Below, in pieces: positions 36,510 to 46,367 of a DNA stretch of 64,000 bases. This DNA comes from Leptospiraceae bacterium. Its GTDB lineage: Bacteria; Spirochaetota; Leptospiria; Leptospirales; Leptonemataceae. Location of the stretch: assembly GCA_040217195.1 (NCBI GenBank), contig JAVJNR010000002.1, positions 320,001 through 384,000 on the forward strand, written 5' to 3'. The notes under the pieces were generated by a model, which saw only the letters and a program-made list of their open reading frames with translations, made no database searches and was not told where the DNA came from. Within the stretch, counting starts at the first letter, position 1. Every line of letters starts with the position of its first letter. The translations under genes and the position numbers were made by a program.

Positions 36510-38453
36510 ATGAAAGAACCTGGAATGCCAGAAAGAAAACTCAGACCATATTTAATTTTCGCTCACGGGCTTGGTGGCTGGGCTCCCATCGTTCTTGCCG
36601 TTATCGCCATTTTTGCAGCGGGAATTGTACTGACTCGCCTGGGACTTCCAGAGGAAGAATCCCTGACCCTGGATCGTTTGACGGGTCTTCCGTCCCGGGA
36701 TCTGTCCCAGAAGGATCTAGAATATTACGTGCAGGTTCTGTCCAGCTACCATATGCAGGGCCGCGAATCCGGACGCGAATCTGGAAAAAAAGCAACCAGG
36801 TTTTTATTAGATCAGTACGAAGGTTCGAACCTGAAAGGATACTTCGATGGACGCTATTACCAGGCTTTCCTTTTCAATGGTGGAATAAAATCAGGCAACA
36901 CCAGGATTAGATTCTTCTCTGAGCAAGCTAGCAGTGCCGATTCGGATGCCAATGATACCAGAGATTCGCTACCAGCTATTCCAGTTGCATTTGCCAGGCC
37001 TTCCAGCGTTACTTCTGATTTGATCTTTGGTGGATTCTGTGTTTCTTCGCCTGCAAAGGGTTTCGACGAGCTAGCGCGAATGAATGTTAGAGGCAAAGTA
37101 GTTCTTTGTTTGCGATATGGTCCCGGTGGAAAGCACGGTCCCTATGGTGATGCAATTTCCTTTCGTGCGAAATACAATGCACTGAAGGATCGTGGGGCTG
37201 CAGGTGTGGTCTTTCTTGGGCATCCTGGAACACCTCCTGTATATGCAGAACTATTCGGTGGATCGCAGAAGGAGGGACCTCCGGCTCTTTTTGTTGAACC
37301 GGAGCCATTGTACGATAGGTTTCCATGGCTGGCCAGCCACGATGCTGAACTGCGAAATGAGCAGGATGCCTACTCCCCCAGGCTGGGCCAATCTATGGGC
37401 CAGGTTCAGGCAACTCTGGAATATCAGAAAGAGCAGCTTATGGGACAAAATGTGGCAGCAAGCATCAAGGGCTCTTTCGCAGAAGGAAAAAAAAAGAATC
37501 GAAAGTGGATCGTGGTGGGCGCTCACTATGATCACCTGGGCTCCGGAAAATTCGGAAGCCTGGAAGGTATGGGAGAGATTCACAATGGGGCGGATGACAA
37601 TGCTTCGGGAACGGCGGCTGTCCTGGAACTTGCATTTGCTCTGCAAAAGATGTATGAGAACGATCCATCCATCATTCCTGAACCCTACGATGTAGTTTTT
37701 ATTCATTTTGATGCTGAAGAGAGGGGGCTTTATGGCTCCGAGCATTTTGTAGATTCAGAATTCTTCTCTGCTGAAAACGCTCTGGTAATGCTTAACCTGG
37801 ACATGGTGGGGATGCTCAGAGCCGGAAAAGGTCTTCAGTTTCAGGGTGCTCAGACCGCTGACGATACCTGGAAAAAAATGATCCAGACGGCCTTTGATGA
37901 TTCTTCCTTTCAGGAAGGTATGGATCTTAGATTCTTTCCCGGCGGAAATGGTCCCAGCGATCACAGTCCCTTCTATAGAAAAAGCGTTCCCGTTGGATTC
38001 TTCTTTACCGGTGAGCATCCTCATTACCACAAATCCACCGACGATTTTCACCGGTTAAACTACCAGGGACTCTACGATATAACCTATATGGCACGGCAGC
38101 TTATCGTTAAACTATCCAATGCGAAAGAGCCACTGCAATTCAAAGAAGCCCCGGAGGTTGAAAGATCGGACCTGGAGTTTGATGTTCGCCTGGGCATTAT
38201 TCCTGGTGGCTACGGAGAAACCGAGGGTGGATTGCTGGTTTCTGGAGTTAAAGATGATGCTCCTGTGGCCAGAACTGGAATTCAGAAAGGGGATCGAATC
38301 ATATTTCTGGGGGGAAAAGAAATAGAGAATATTCGTGACCTGACAGATTTTTTATACGAGGCTCGACTGAATACGGAATATGAAATTCGGTTCAAGCGAG
38401 GCGATGAAATCATCCGCTCCAGAACTCAGCTTATTCCGGGTGGAGCACATTAA
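36510..38453 (+). CDS. M28 family metallopeptidase with PA and PDZ domains, membrane-anchored
   Basis: GAHYDHLG, GADDNASG, AEERG, NLDMVG, SDH, YH. C-terminal LGIIPG..GIQKGDRI PDZ. Confidence 0.9.
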   Translation: MKEPGMPERKLRPYLIFAHGLGGWAPIVLAVIAIFAAGIVLTRLGLPEEESLTLDRLTGLPSRDLSQKDLEYYVQVLSSYHMQGRESGRESGKKATRFLLDQYEGSNLKGYFDGRYYQAFLFNGGIKSGNTRIRFFSEQASSADSDANDTRDSLPAIPVAFARPSSVTSDLIFGGFCVSSPAKGFDELARMNVRGKVVLCLRYGPGGKHGPYGDAISFRAKYNALKDRGAAGVVFLGHPGTPPVYAELFGGSQKEGPPALFVEPEPLYDRFPWLASHDAELRNEQDAYSPRLGQSMGQVQATLEYQKEQLMGQNVAASIKGSFAEGKKKNRKWIVVGAHYDHLGSGKFGSLEGMGEIHNGADDNASGTAAVLELAFALQKMYENDPSIIPEPYDVVFIHFDAEERGLYGSEHFVDSEFFSAENALVMLNLDMVGMLRAGKGLQFQGAQTADDTWKKMIQTAFDDSSFQEGMDLRFFPGGNGPSDHSPFYRKSVPVGFFFTGEHPHYHKSTDDFHRLNYQGLYDITYMARQLIVKLSNAKEPLQFKEAPEVERSDLEFDVRLGIIPGGYGETEGGLLVSGVKDDAPVARTGIQKGDRIIFLGGKEIENIRDLTDFLYEARLNTEYEIRFKRGDEIIRSRTQLIPGGAH

Positions 38454-38456
38454 ATT

Positions 38457-38885
38457 GTGTGGGAAGTGAGCTCCTACGGCGGCCTATTTTTGGCCGCCTT
38501 TTTGGCTGCTACCATACTTCCTTTTAGCTCCGAGGTTGCCTTTTCCGGTGCCTTAATTGCTGGCCTGGATCCTGTTCTATGTCTGATTGTAGCATCTGCT
38601 GGCAACTGTCTGGCCTGCAGCGCAAATTATGCAGGAGGGTATTTCCTGGGTAAGCCATTTCTCACTCGAATGCTTCGAAAGAGCAGAGGACGTCGAATCT
38701 ATCGAATGGTGCATAGACAGGAGGCGCTGGCATTACTACTTTCCTGGCTTCCGGTTATCGGTGATCCGATCACTCTGGCTGCAGGTGGACTTCGCACTCA
38801 TCCAGTTCTGTTTCACTTCATAGTTTGGCCGCTACGAATATTGCGATACGTTGCACTTGTATATTTGTTTAGAGCGCCACAATAA
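38457..38885 (+). CDS. YqaA/DedA family membrane protein
   Basis: AFLAATILPFSSE and LLSWLPVIGDPITLAAG. Confidence 0.9.
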   Translation: MWEVSSYGGLFLAAFLAATILPFSSEVAFSGALIAGLDPVLCLIVASAGNCLACSANYAGGYFLGKPFLTRMLRKSRGRRIYRMVHRQEALALLLSWLPVIGDPITLAAGGLRTHPVLFHFIVWPLRILRYVALVYLFRAPQ

Positions 38886-38914
38886 TCGATTGCGTAGAGA
38901 TCGCCGCGGAATAA

Positions 38915-40042
38915 TCAATAGGGAAAATAAGAGTCCGACGAATTTTCTCTGGAATCAGTCCTTTTATCTGATCCATCGTCCGGCTTCCTGTCTCTGGAGT
39001 CCCTGTGCTCCTCAGGTTTCGGACTGTCTTCATTTTCCGTTGCTTTTGAATCCTTTTTCTCTGGAAGCTTCGGATCTGGTTCTGGTAGTGTTCTTTCTTC
39101 TTCTTCCCTTCGGTCTATATTTTCATCTGGTCTCTGGTCGCGCTCCACTTCGCTTACGCTTCGTTCCGTAAGGGATATGGTCTTTCGAATTCCAATGCGA
39201 GCATAATTCATGCTGGCATAGAGTCTCTTGGATTCAAGAGCGTCGCTTCTAGGAATATTTACATTGATTGGATGGATACTTCTGGCATCTCCAGAAATTT
39301 CCAGAAAAACGTAGGTGTTGGCCAGCAAGCCTTTAGGAAAGAATTTTCCCAGTCTGTATCCATAGTTCAGGGATACCATATACACGGGTGTCCATTGCCG
39401 TACAACGCTTGCCAGCCGAAGGTTCTGCTCCAGTAGATCAAAGTTATACCTGGATTGTCCGTAGCTCTGGCCAAAGGCCAGATACCAGTTTTCAGCGCTG
39501 TAGTAGGGAAAATACAATGTCATATAGGCACGGTATTCTTCATAAATGAACTCCATCCGACGCCCCAGAAGATCCGGAAGCGGATAAAGCTGGTAGAACA
39601 ATGATAGCCTGGGATCTGATGTCACTCTTCCATCGTCAGGATAATTGATTAGAGTACCGCGGTAGGTTCGCGGACTGTTAAATGTTACAGAAGTTCGCAT
39701 GTAGCGAAAGAATCCTTCATTTTCGAAAAAAGGTAAAGGATTGGGTGCCGAGCTAATGGAATAGAAAGGCCTTTCAATTGTTGTGGACTCTGAATGGATT
39801 CGTCTGGTAACTTCTGCAGCAGAATCGTTTCCGTAGAGCCGTTCCAGGGAGGACTTTCGTGTATAAAAGGTGACGCTGGAGCTATCCAGGCCACCGGCCA
39901 GATTGATTGTAGAGAAATACTCTTCTATGGTCTGACAACCAGGAAAGATCCAGAGGGTGCAGAGAAGAAACAGACCAAATAGTATTCGTCCGGTCCTCAG
40001 TATTAATCGTTGTCGGGCACTGCCCTGTATGGGAATCTCCAT
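38915..40042 (-). CDS. Hypothetical lipoprotein/outer-membrane protein with acidic disordered C-terminal tail
   Basis: Hydrophobic segment ending IFPG-C, aromatic-rich beta pattern, D/E/R-rich tail. Starts 16 bp after the lon stop. Confidence 0.65.
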   Translation of the reverse strand: MEIPIQGSARQRLILRTGRILFGLFLLCTLWIFPGCQTIEEYFSTINLAGGLDSSSVTFYTRKSSLERLYGNDSAAEVTRRIHSESTTIERPFYSISSAPNPLPFFENEGFFRYMRTSVTFNSPRTYRGTLINYPDDGRVTSDPRLSLFYQLYPLPDLLGRRMEFIYEEYRAYMTLYFPYYSAENWYLAFGQSYGQSRYNFDLLEQNLRLASVVRQWTPVYMVSLNYGYRLGKFFPKGLLANTYVFLEISGDARSIHPINVNIPRSDALESKRLYASMNYARIGIRKTISLTERSVSEVERDQRPDENIDRREEEERTLPEPDPKLPEKKDSKATENEDSPKPEEHRDSRDRKPDDGSDKRTDSRENSSDSYFPY

Positions 40043-40058
40043 GTGAATCGTCGCAATT

Positions 40059-42665
40059 CTACGAGCCAGAGCCATAGATGGAATGGGCCACGTCCTCAAA
40101 TCCGCGGACAAAAAAGCATTTAAGACCTGAACGCAGATAGTCGGGTAGCTCTTTAAAGTCTCGCAGGTTTTCGCGAGGTAATATGATCTTTCGAATACCC
40201 ATGCGCCGGGCAGCGATAATCTTCTCTTTAATTCCACCCACTGGAAGCACTCGCCCGGTTAAGCTCAGTTCCCCGGTCATGGCAAAAGCGGGGGGGACTG
40301 GCTGCTGTCGAGCCAGACTGTATATGGCCAGAGCCATGGTAATTCCAGCAGAAGGACCATCTTTTGGCGTTGCACCTGCAGGTACGTGAAGATGCATCCT
40401 GTGTTTCTCAAAGAAAGTACTGTCGATTCCAAATTTGCTGCAATTGGATTGAATATAGGAGTAGGCTATCTCAGCAGATTCTTTCATCACATCGCCCAGC
40501 TGTCCGGTGAGTTTGAATCCTCCATGGGCCTCGCTCTGTAGAATAGCGCTACACTCAATGGAAAGCGTTGCCCCTCCCAGACTGGTCCAGGCAAGACCGG
40601 TTACTACTCCGGCCGGAGGATTCCTGTACAGCGGTTCTTCTGTATGAATGGGTGGCCCCAGAAAATCTCCCAGGTTCTCCCGGCTGAGCCTGGTTTGCGA
40701 AGTGTTCCCAGTGGCATGTGCCATCGTAATCTTTCGCATGATCTTCTTAATTCTGTATTCCAGGTTTCGCACACCGGCTTCCCTGGAATACTGATCAATT
40801 AGATAGTTCAGTACATCATCGGAAAGATCCAGGTCTTCCTGTTTAAGGCCATGCTCTTCCAGGGCATGGGGAATCAAGTATCTTCGCGCTATCTGAGCCT
40901 TTTCTTCCAGTATGTACCCTGGAAGTTTGATTACTTCCATTCGATCCAGCAAAGGAGCAGGCACCGTGTCCAGTGTATTGGCAGTGCAAATGAAGAGCAC
41001 TCTGGAAAGATCAAAACGGACATCCAGATAATGATCCAGGAATGCATGGTTCTGCTCCGGATCCAGAACCTCCAGCAATGCGCTGGCCGGATCTCCCTGG
41101 AAACTGCTTCCAATTTTGTCTATTTCATCCAGCATTACTACAGGATTCGCGCTTTCCGTGGTTTTGAGGCTCTGAATAAACTTACCTGGCATGGCGCCAA
41201 TATACGTTCTACGATGACCCTTAATTTCTGCTTCATCGCGCATTCCTCCCAGAGAGAAGCGAAAGAACTCTCGATTCAATGCCTCCGCTACCGATCTACC
41301 GATGGATGTTTTTCCCACTCCGGGCGGACCAACAAAGCAAAGAATGGAGCCAGAGATCTTGCCGGTCTTCTTTCCTGTGGATATGTATTCCAGGATCCTT
41401 TCTTTTACATCGTCCAGTCCGTAATGATCTCGATCCAGAGCTTCCCGGGCCTGGTCTATGTCAAATCTGTCCTCGGTGTAAAGGCCCCAGGGCAATAGAG
41501 TTAGCCAGTCCAGATAAGTATGCGTGACGTTGTATTCCGGGGAAGCCGGCTCAATTAGTTTGAGTTTTTCCAGGTTATCCTCAACGACTTTCTTTACTTC
41601 ATCGTTGAGGCTTAATTTTTCCAGGCGCTTCTCAAACTTTTCTAATTCAGCCTCTTTGTCGTCCTTTTCCAGTCCCAGTTCTTTCTTGATTGCTTTAAGC
41701 TGTTCGCGTAAGAAAAACTCCTTCTGTTGCTGAGTTATCTTTTCTTCAATGCTCTGCTTTATTTTTTGCTGAAGTTCAAATAATTGAATCTCTTCTTGCA
41801 GCAGGCGAAGTAATTTTCGTGCCCTGGGGATGAGAGAAAAGGTTTCCAGAATGTCCTGCAATTTTTCGCCATCGGAAGTCATCATGGATGATATTAAATC
41901 CATGATCAGTCCGGGTTTATCGTAGGATAGACTGGACAGGAGCATCTTGAGCTGCTCCTGGAAAAGTGGATTCAGCCTTAATAGATCTCGCACGGAAGTA
42001 ATTAGAGCAAGTGTATAAGCCTTCAACTCCTGGTTCGTTCGGGCAGGATCTTCATGGTATTCCACTTCCCAGATAGCCATGCCTTTTTCTGGAGATTGCA
42101 CTAACTCTTTGTGCGAAAATCTTCGAACCGTTTGAACCAGAAGTTGCAGGCTGTCTTCTGTCTGGTCTGCCCTGAGGATCTTTATGGCGGTTCCCACATC
42201 GTAGTACTCACTCTCTATGGGTTTTTCCTCATTTAGTTCCCTGGTCAGTACAGCACCAAAGAATCGGTTAGAATGTTGCAGGGAGTACTCTATGATAGGG
42301 ACAAAATCTTGATTGGAAATCTGGATCGGAAGTGTAATGCCCGGGAAGAACGGCCTTTCTGCGATCGGTAAAATGGGCAGTCTGGAGGGAAGAACTTCAG
42401 CAGCCGGTACCATTGGATGCGGGGCAAAGTCTCCAATGACTTCAGCATCCACTGGACCGGTACCTTCTGTAGATTCCGAGTCCTGTTCATTTTCTGAATC
42501 CGACGATGGGTTGTTCGAATCAGGGGAATCTTGCTCGTGGGAACTGTGATCTTTGAGTGTTTCTCCGGAAGGGTCGTGGCTGGATTCCGTCTCTTCCTTG
42601 CCTCTGGAATCTTCGGTTTCCTGTCCGGGCTTCTTCTGGTCCTCTGTTCGATAGTCTTCTGCCAT
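40059..42665 (-). CDS. lon: ATP-dependent Lon protease
   Basis: DHYGL, GPPGVGKT, RRTYIGAMPG, LDEIDK, PKDGPSAG (catalytic Ser), GGIKEK (Lys). Confidence 0.97.
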   Translation of the reverse strand: MAEDYRTEDQKKPGQETEDSRGKEETESSHDPSGETLKDHSSHEQDSPDSNNPSSDSENEQDSESTEGTGPVDAEVIGDFAPHPMVPAAEVLPSRLPILPIAERPFFPGITLPIQISNQDFVPIIEYSLQHSNRFFGAVLTRELNEEKPIESEYYDVGTAIKILRADQTEDSLQLLVQTVRRFSHKELVQSPEKGMAIWEVEYHEDPARTNQELKAYTLALITSVRDLLRLNPLFQEQLKMLLSSLSYDKPGLIMDLISSMMTSDGEKLQDILETFSLIPRARKLLRLLQEEIQLFELQQKIKQSIEEKITQQQKEFFLREQLKAIKKELGLEKDDKEAELEKFEKRLEKLSLNDEVKKVVEDNLEKLKLIEPASPEYNVTHTYLDWLTLLPWGLYTEDRFDIDQAREALDRDHYGLDDVKERILEYISTGKKTGKISGSILCFVGPPGVGKTSIGRSVAEALNREFFRFSLGGMRDEAEIKGHRRTYIGAMPGKFIQSLKTTESANPVVMLDEIDKIGSSFQGDPASALLEVLDPEQNHAFLDHYLDVRFDLSRVLFICTANTLDTVPAPLLDRMEVIKLPGYILEEKAQIARRYLIPHALEEHGLKQEDLDLSDDVLNYLIDQYSREAGVRNLEYRIKKIMRKITMAHATGNTSQTRLSRENLGDFLGPPIHTEEPLYRNPPAGVVTGLAWTSLGGATLSIECSAILQSEAHGGFKLTGQLGDVMKESAEIAYSYIQSNCSKFGIDSTFFEKHRMHLHVPAGATPKDGPSAGITMALAIYSLARQQPVPPAFAMTGELSLTGRVLPVGGIKEKIIAARRMGIRKIILPRENLRDFKELPDYLRSGLKCFFVRGFEDVAHSIYGSGS

Positions 42666-42770
42666 ACTCTAACAAGACCAATCCATCCGGGCGCTAAATT
42701 CTGCAAGGAACTACCATTCTGGAAACGCCTTTCAGTATCGAATTTCCCCCGATTCTTGCGGAACCAGGTT

Positions 42771-44036
42771 TCAGTTCTGCTGTTCCTGAAGCACTTCTCG
42801 AAAGGGTAGCAGAGCCTCTTCCAGGTTGTCTTTGCGTCCCAGGAGGTCTGCCAGATGAGATACCACTCGATCTACCAGAGCATCCGGACAACTGGCTCCT
42901 GCCGATACCAGAACTCTTATGGCACCTTCCTGTCCATCTATCCTGCCCTGCGGAAACCAGTCCTTTGTTGTTGTGACTGTACCCTTATGAGCATTTAGAT
43001 GCTGAATTTCTTCCAGACTCTTTATTTCTCCCTCATCTTTAACATAGAAGGTCGGTAACTGTCTTTCGCATAGTTCTACCAGATGGGAAGTGTTCGAGGA
43101 GTTATAACCACCCACGATGATGGCAACATCTCCTCCGGATTCCAGTAAAGCGTACAAAGCTTGCTGATTTTCGGACGTTGCGTAGCAAAGTGTATCCCTG
43201 GTATCTGCGAATCGATCGCCCGGCTCGGTAGACTGAAAGCGGGAAGCCATGATCCCTTTTAAATATTCGCTAATTTCATGGGTTTCTGTGGCAAGCATTG
43301 TGGTTTGATTTACAACACCGATTCGCTGCAAATCCTTTTCCGGTTCGAAACCTGGCGAATATCGTCCATTGAAATGCTCCAGAAATTCCTGGGCCGGTCG
43401 ATTGCCTGCGATGAATTCGCCCAATTCTCGGGCTTCCTCCATGTCCTGAATAACCAGGCTGGGAGCGGAAGAACGAGCATGGGAAAAAGTTGCCCTGGTT
43501 TCCTCATGCCTGGCTCGACCATGGATAATAATTGTATATCCTTTCTGGCCCAATTGTTCAGAACGATTCCATACTTTTTCTACAAAGGGACATGTAGTAT
43601 TGTAGGTCTGGGTTTGAATCCCTCTGGATTCCAGGTCTTTGAACATTTCTACTGTAGTGCCAAAGGCTGGTACGATAACTATGTCGTCCGCTTTAAGTTC
43701 GGAAAACGGAATCAATGTAGTTCCATCCGTGCGCATTAAAAAGCGAATTCCCCGGGAAATAAGGTCCTCATTCACATGAGGATTATGGATCATTTCGCTC
43801 AGCAAGAATATTCGTTTATCTGGATTCTCTTCCAGTGCGCGATAGGCGATCTCGATTGCATTCTCCACTCCAAAGCAAAATCCAAAATGTCTTGCAATAC
43901 GAATCTCGATGTTGCCCAGGTTCAGACTGGAAGGACTTAGATCTTTTCGATAGCGATCCGACTCTTTGCGAGCCTTCTTAATAGTAGAAATGATCTCCGA
44001 TCTATAAAATAGAGGTATGTCAAATTCTCGCGCCAC
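42771..44036 (-). CDS. ispH: 4-hydroxy-3-methylbut-2-enyl diphosphate reductase
   Basis: GFCFGVENA, IHNPHV, TCPFV, HEET, NQTT, TLCYAT, GGYNSSNT, AGASCPD. Confidence 0.95.
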   Translation of the reverse strand: MAREFDIPLFYRSEIISTIKKARKESDRYRKDLSPSSLNLGNIEIRIARHFGFCFGVENAIEIAYRALEENPDKRIFLLSEMIHNPHVNEDLISRGIRFLMRTDGTTLIPFSELKADDIVIVPAFGTTVEMFKDLESRGIQTQTYNTTCPFVEKVWNRSEQLGQKGYTIIIHGRARHEETRATFSHARSSAPSLVIQDMEEARELGEFIAGNRPAQEFLEHFNGRYSPGFEPEKDLQRIGVVNQTTMLATETHEISEYLKGIMASRFQSTEPGDRFADTRDTLCYATSENQQALYALLESGGDVAIIVGGYNSSNTSHLVELCERQLPTFYVKDEGEIKSLEEIQHLNAHKGTVTTTKDWFPQGRIDGQEGAIRVLVSAGASCPDALVDRVVSHLADLLGRKDNLEEALLPFREVLQEQQN

Positions 44037-44174
44037 TTTTGCTCCTGCCGGCCATCTTCACTGAATGAAATAGCTAACCGGCCATCTGTAATAATCCATC
44101 AAAGCTCAACCAGAGTTAGAGACGGTTTCTGGCTTTTGCAGTATAGCAACTGTATTCTCAAATGGCTACAGTCA

Positions 44175-45599
44175 CTAAATATTGATTGCCTCTCCCAGAC
44201 TTTGAGCCGCCGCTTCCATTACTGCTTCGGATAACGTTGGATGCGGATGCATGGTCCGGGCGAAGTTCTCCACTACCAACTCCGCTTCCATTCCAAGTTG
44301 CATTTCTGCAATCATTTCCGTTGCTCCCGGACCCACTATGTGAACGCCCAGAATTCTTCCGTGTTGCTTTCCAGAAAGAATCTTCAGAAAGCCGTCCGTA
44401 TCGCCGGCTGCCCGTCCCCGACCAGAAGCAGTAAACGGAAATTGCCCTTTGTTAAACTCAATTCCCTGGTCTTTCAGTTGTTGTTCTGTTTTGCCAATGG
44501 AAGCCACTTCCGGATGACAGTAGGTGCAGGATGGTATGATGTCATAATCTATGGCTTCATATTGAAGATCTGATTTTCCGGAGCGATTTATATAGATGGC
44601 CTCTGCGGCCCGAATGGCCTCATGGGATGCTACATGTGCCAGTGCCGGGCCAGGGATACAGTCTCCGATGGCATACACACCGGGAATGCTGGTGCGATAC
44701 ATCTCATCCACCTCAATGCGATCTTTCTGCATTTTGAGATCTATACCCAGGCTTTCCGTGTTGGCTTGAATACCGATGGCAACCAGCACTGCATCGAAAT
44801 CTGCGGACTGTGCTTCCCCTTTCTTGTTCTTGTATTCAATATGGATTCCATCGTCCGTTTTCTCTACTTTGCTGTCCGCAATGGAAAGCTCACTTTTAAT
44901 CCCTCGCTTATCGAAGCTTTTCTTTAGGGCCCTGGATGCTTCTTCATCTTCGACGGGCAGCAATTGAGGTAACATCTCGAAAATAGTTACATCGCTTCCC
45001 ATGGCTTTGTAGAAATCGGCGAACTCCACTCCAATGGCGCCGGCTCCGATAACTGCCAGGCTGGAAGGCGCTTCCTTTAAGCTCATGGCACTGCGATAAT
45101 CCAGAACAGTCTTTCCGTCAAACTCAAGGCCGGGCAGTGATTTGGCTCTGGCACCGGTGGCAACAATGATATCTGTTGCTTGATACTCAGTTTTTTTCTG
45201 CTCCCCGGCTTCATTGGAAGTGACCTCAACTTTCCCGGGTGCTGAAATCCGTGCTTCTCCAGAAATCACAGTAATTTCATTCTTTTTCATTAAATAGTCC
45301 ACGCCCATGGACATGCGATTGGCTACCCGACGTGAGCGGTCGATGACCTTATCAAATTCAGCACTGGAATCTCCTACAGTGAGACCAAACTCTCTGGCCT
45401 TCTTGATTTTCTCCAGTAGGTGGGCGCTTTCCAGCAATGCCTTGGTTGGTATGCAGCCCCAGTTTAAACAAATGCCACCCAGGGATTCTCGTTCGATAAC
45501 AGCGCTTTTGAATCCTAGCTGGCTGGCCCGGATTGCTGCGGAGTATCCGCCGGGGCCGCTTCCTATTACAATTACATCAAAACGGTTTTCTTCAGCCAT
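44175..45599 (-). CDS. lpdA: Dihydrolipoyl dehydrogenase
   Basis: GSGPGG, GGICLNWGCIPTK, GAGAIG, HPHPTLSE. Confidence 0.95.
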   Translation of the reverse strand: MAEENRFDVIVIGSGPGGYSAAIRASQLGFKSAVIERESLGGICLNWGCIPTKALLESAHLLEKIKKAREFGLTVGDSSAEFDKVIDRSRRVANRMSMGVDYLMKKNEITVISGEARISAPGKVEVTSNEAGEQKKTEYQATDIIVATGARAKSLPGLEFDGKTVLDYRSAMSLKEAPSSLAVIGAGAIGVEFADFYKAMGSDVTIFEMLPQLLPVEDEEASRALKKSFDKRGIKSELSIADSKVEKTDDGIHIEYKNKKGEAQSADFDAVLVAIGIQANTESLGIDLKMQKDRIEVDEMYRTSIPGVYAIGDCIPGPALAHVASHEAIRAAEAIYINRSGKSDLQYEAIDYDIIPSCTYCHPEVASIGKTEQQLKDQGIEFNKGQFPFTASGRGRAAGDTDGFLKILSGKQHGRILGVHIVGPGATEMIAEMQLGMEAELVVENFARTMHPHPTLSEAVMEAAAQSLGEAINI

Positions 45600-45717
45600 G
45601 GTCGATCCAGTCTGGAAGATCCAGGCTGTCCGTAAAGTCAATCCTGACGGTGCCTGGTGGTTGAAGCTTCTGAAGCCAGCCCACAGGGATGTGCAACTGA
45701 AAAAAAAGTCTGCCGGC

Positions 45718-45744
45718 TGTCACAGATCGAACCCGGTCTTCGTC
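45718..45744 (+). promoter_or_regulatory. ECF41-type promoter TGTCACA-N16-CGTC
   Basis: TGTCACA GATCGAACCCGGTCTT CGTC is an exact match to the described ECF41 consensus. It ends 32 nt before the CMD gene ATG at 45777. Confidence 0.85.
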
Positions 45745-45776
45745 ATGATGGTATGGAACTACAACATAACCATGTA

Positions 45777-46367
45777 ATGGAAATACCTCTACTTGACCCA
45801 ATCCAGCCCAGAAACTGGAAGGCAAGGATGGCCTCTTTTTTCTCCAAACGAATGTTTGGCCGCGTTCTGTCTCCGATTCCGATCCTGTATTCTAGGAATC
45901 CGGCTATCCTCTCTTTTGCTCTAAAAATTGAGAGCACCTTCGCCAGAAAAATCAGTCTCAGCGACACCGAAAAGATAATGATTCGTTTGCTGGTTTCCAT
46001 GCAGAATGGATGCTCCTTCTGCGGTGATATGGCACTGGCTCAGGCATTTCAGAAGAAGCTCAGTCGAGCCCGATTTGGAGCTCTGGTTTCTGGCCAATAT
46101 GATCGTGAGGATTTCTCAGAGTCGGAGAAAGCTCTGGTTCGTTTTGTGCAGGATCGAATGAATGGACATGTATCTGAAGCTGTCATCCAGAAGCTACAAT
46201 CGAACTTTACGCAGCGACAAATCGCAGATATAGGATGGTGTATAGCGGCAGAAACCTACTACAATACCCTGGCGCTGACTTTCAGCATTGAATCGGACGG
46301 TCTGGTTGCCTCTTCCAGAAAGTCTGATTCCAGAATTGCTGAATCGAAGTTACAGACTGTGAGCTAA
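45777..46367 (+). CDS. Carboxymuconolactone decarboxylase/AhpD family protein
   Basis: VSMQNGCSFCGD CxxC, FSESEKAL, FSIESDG. Typical ECF41 partner. Confidence 0.85.
   Translation: MEIPLLDPIQPRNWKARMASFFSKRMFGRVLSPIPILYSRNPAILSFALKIESTFARKISLSDTEKIMIRLLVSMQNGCSFCGDMALAQAFQKKLSRARFGALVSGQYDREDFSESEKALVRFVQDRMNGHVSEAVIQKLQSNFTQRQIADIGWCIAAETYYNTLALTFSIESDGLVASSRKSDSRIAESKLQTVS

Noticed and set aside
37487..37495. A9 homopolymer in the M28 peptidase (similar runs near 28213 and 46605) as phase-variation sites
   Set aside because: The frames are intact and the runs encode Lys/Glu codons; no evidence of slippage.
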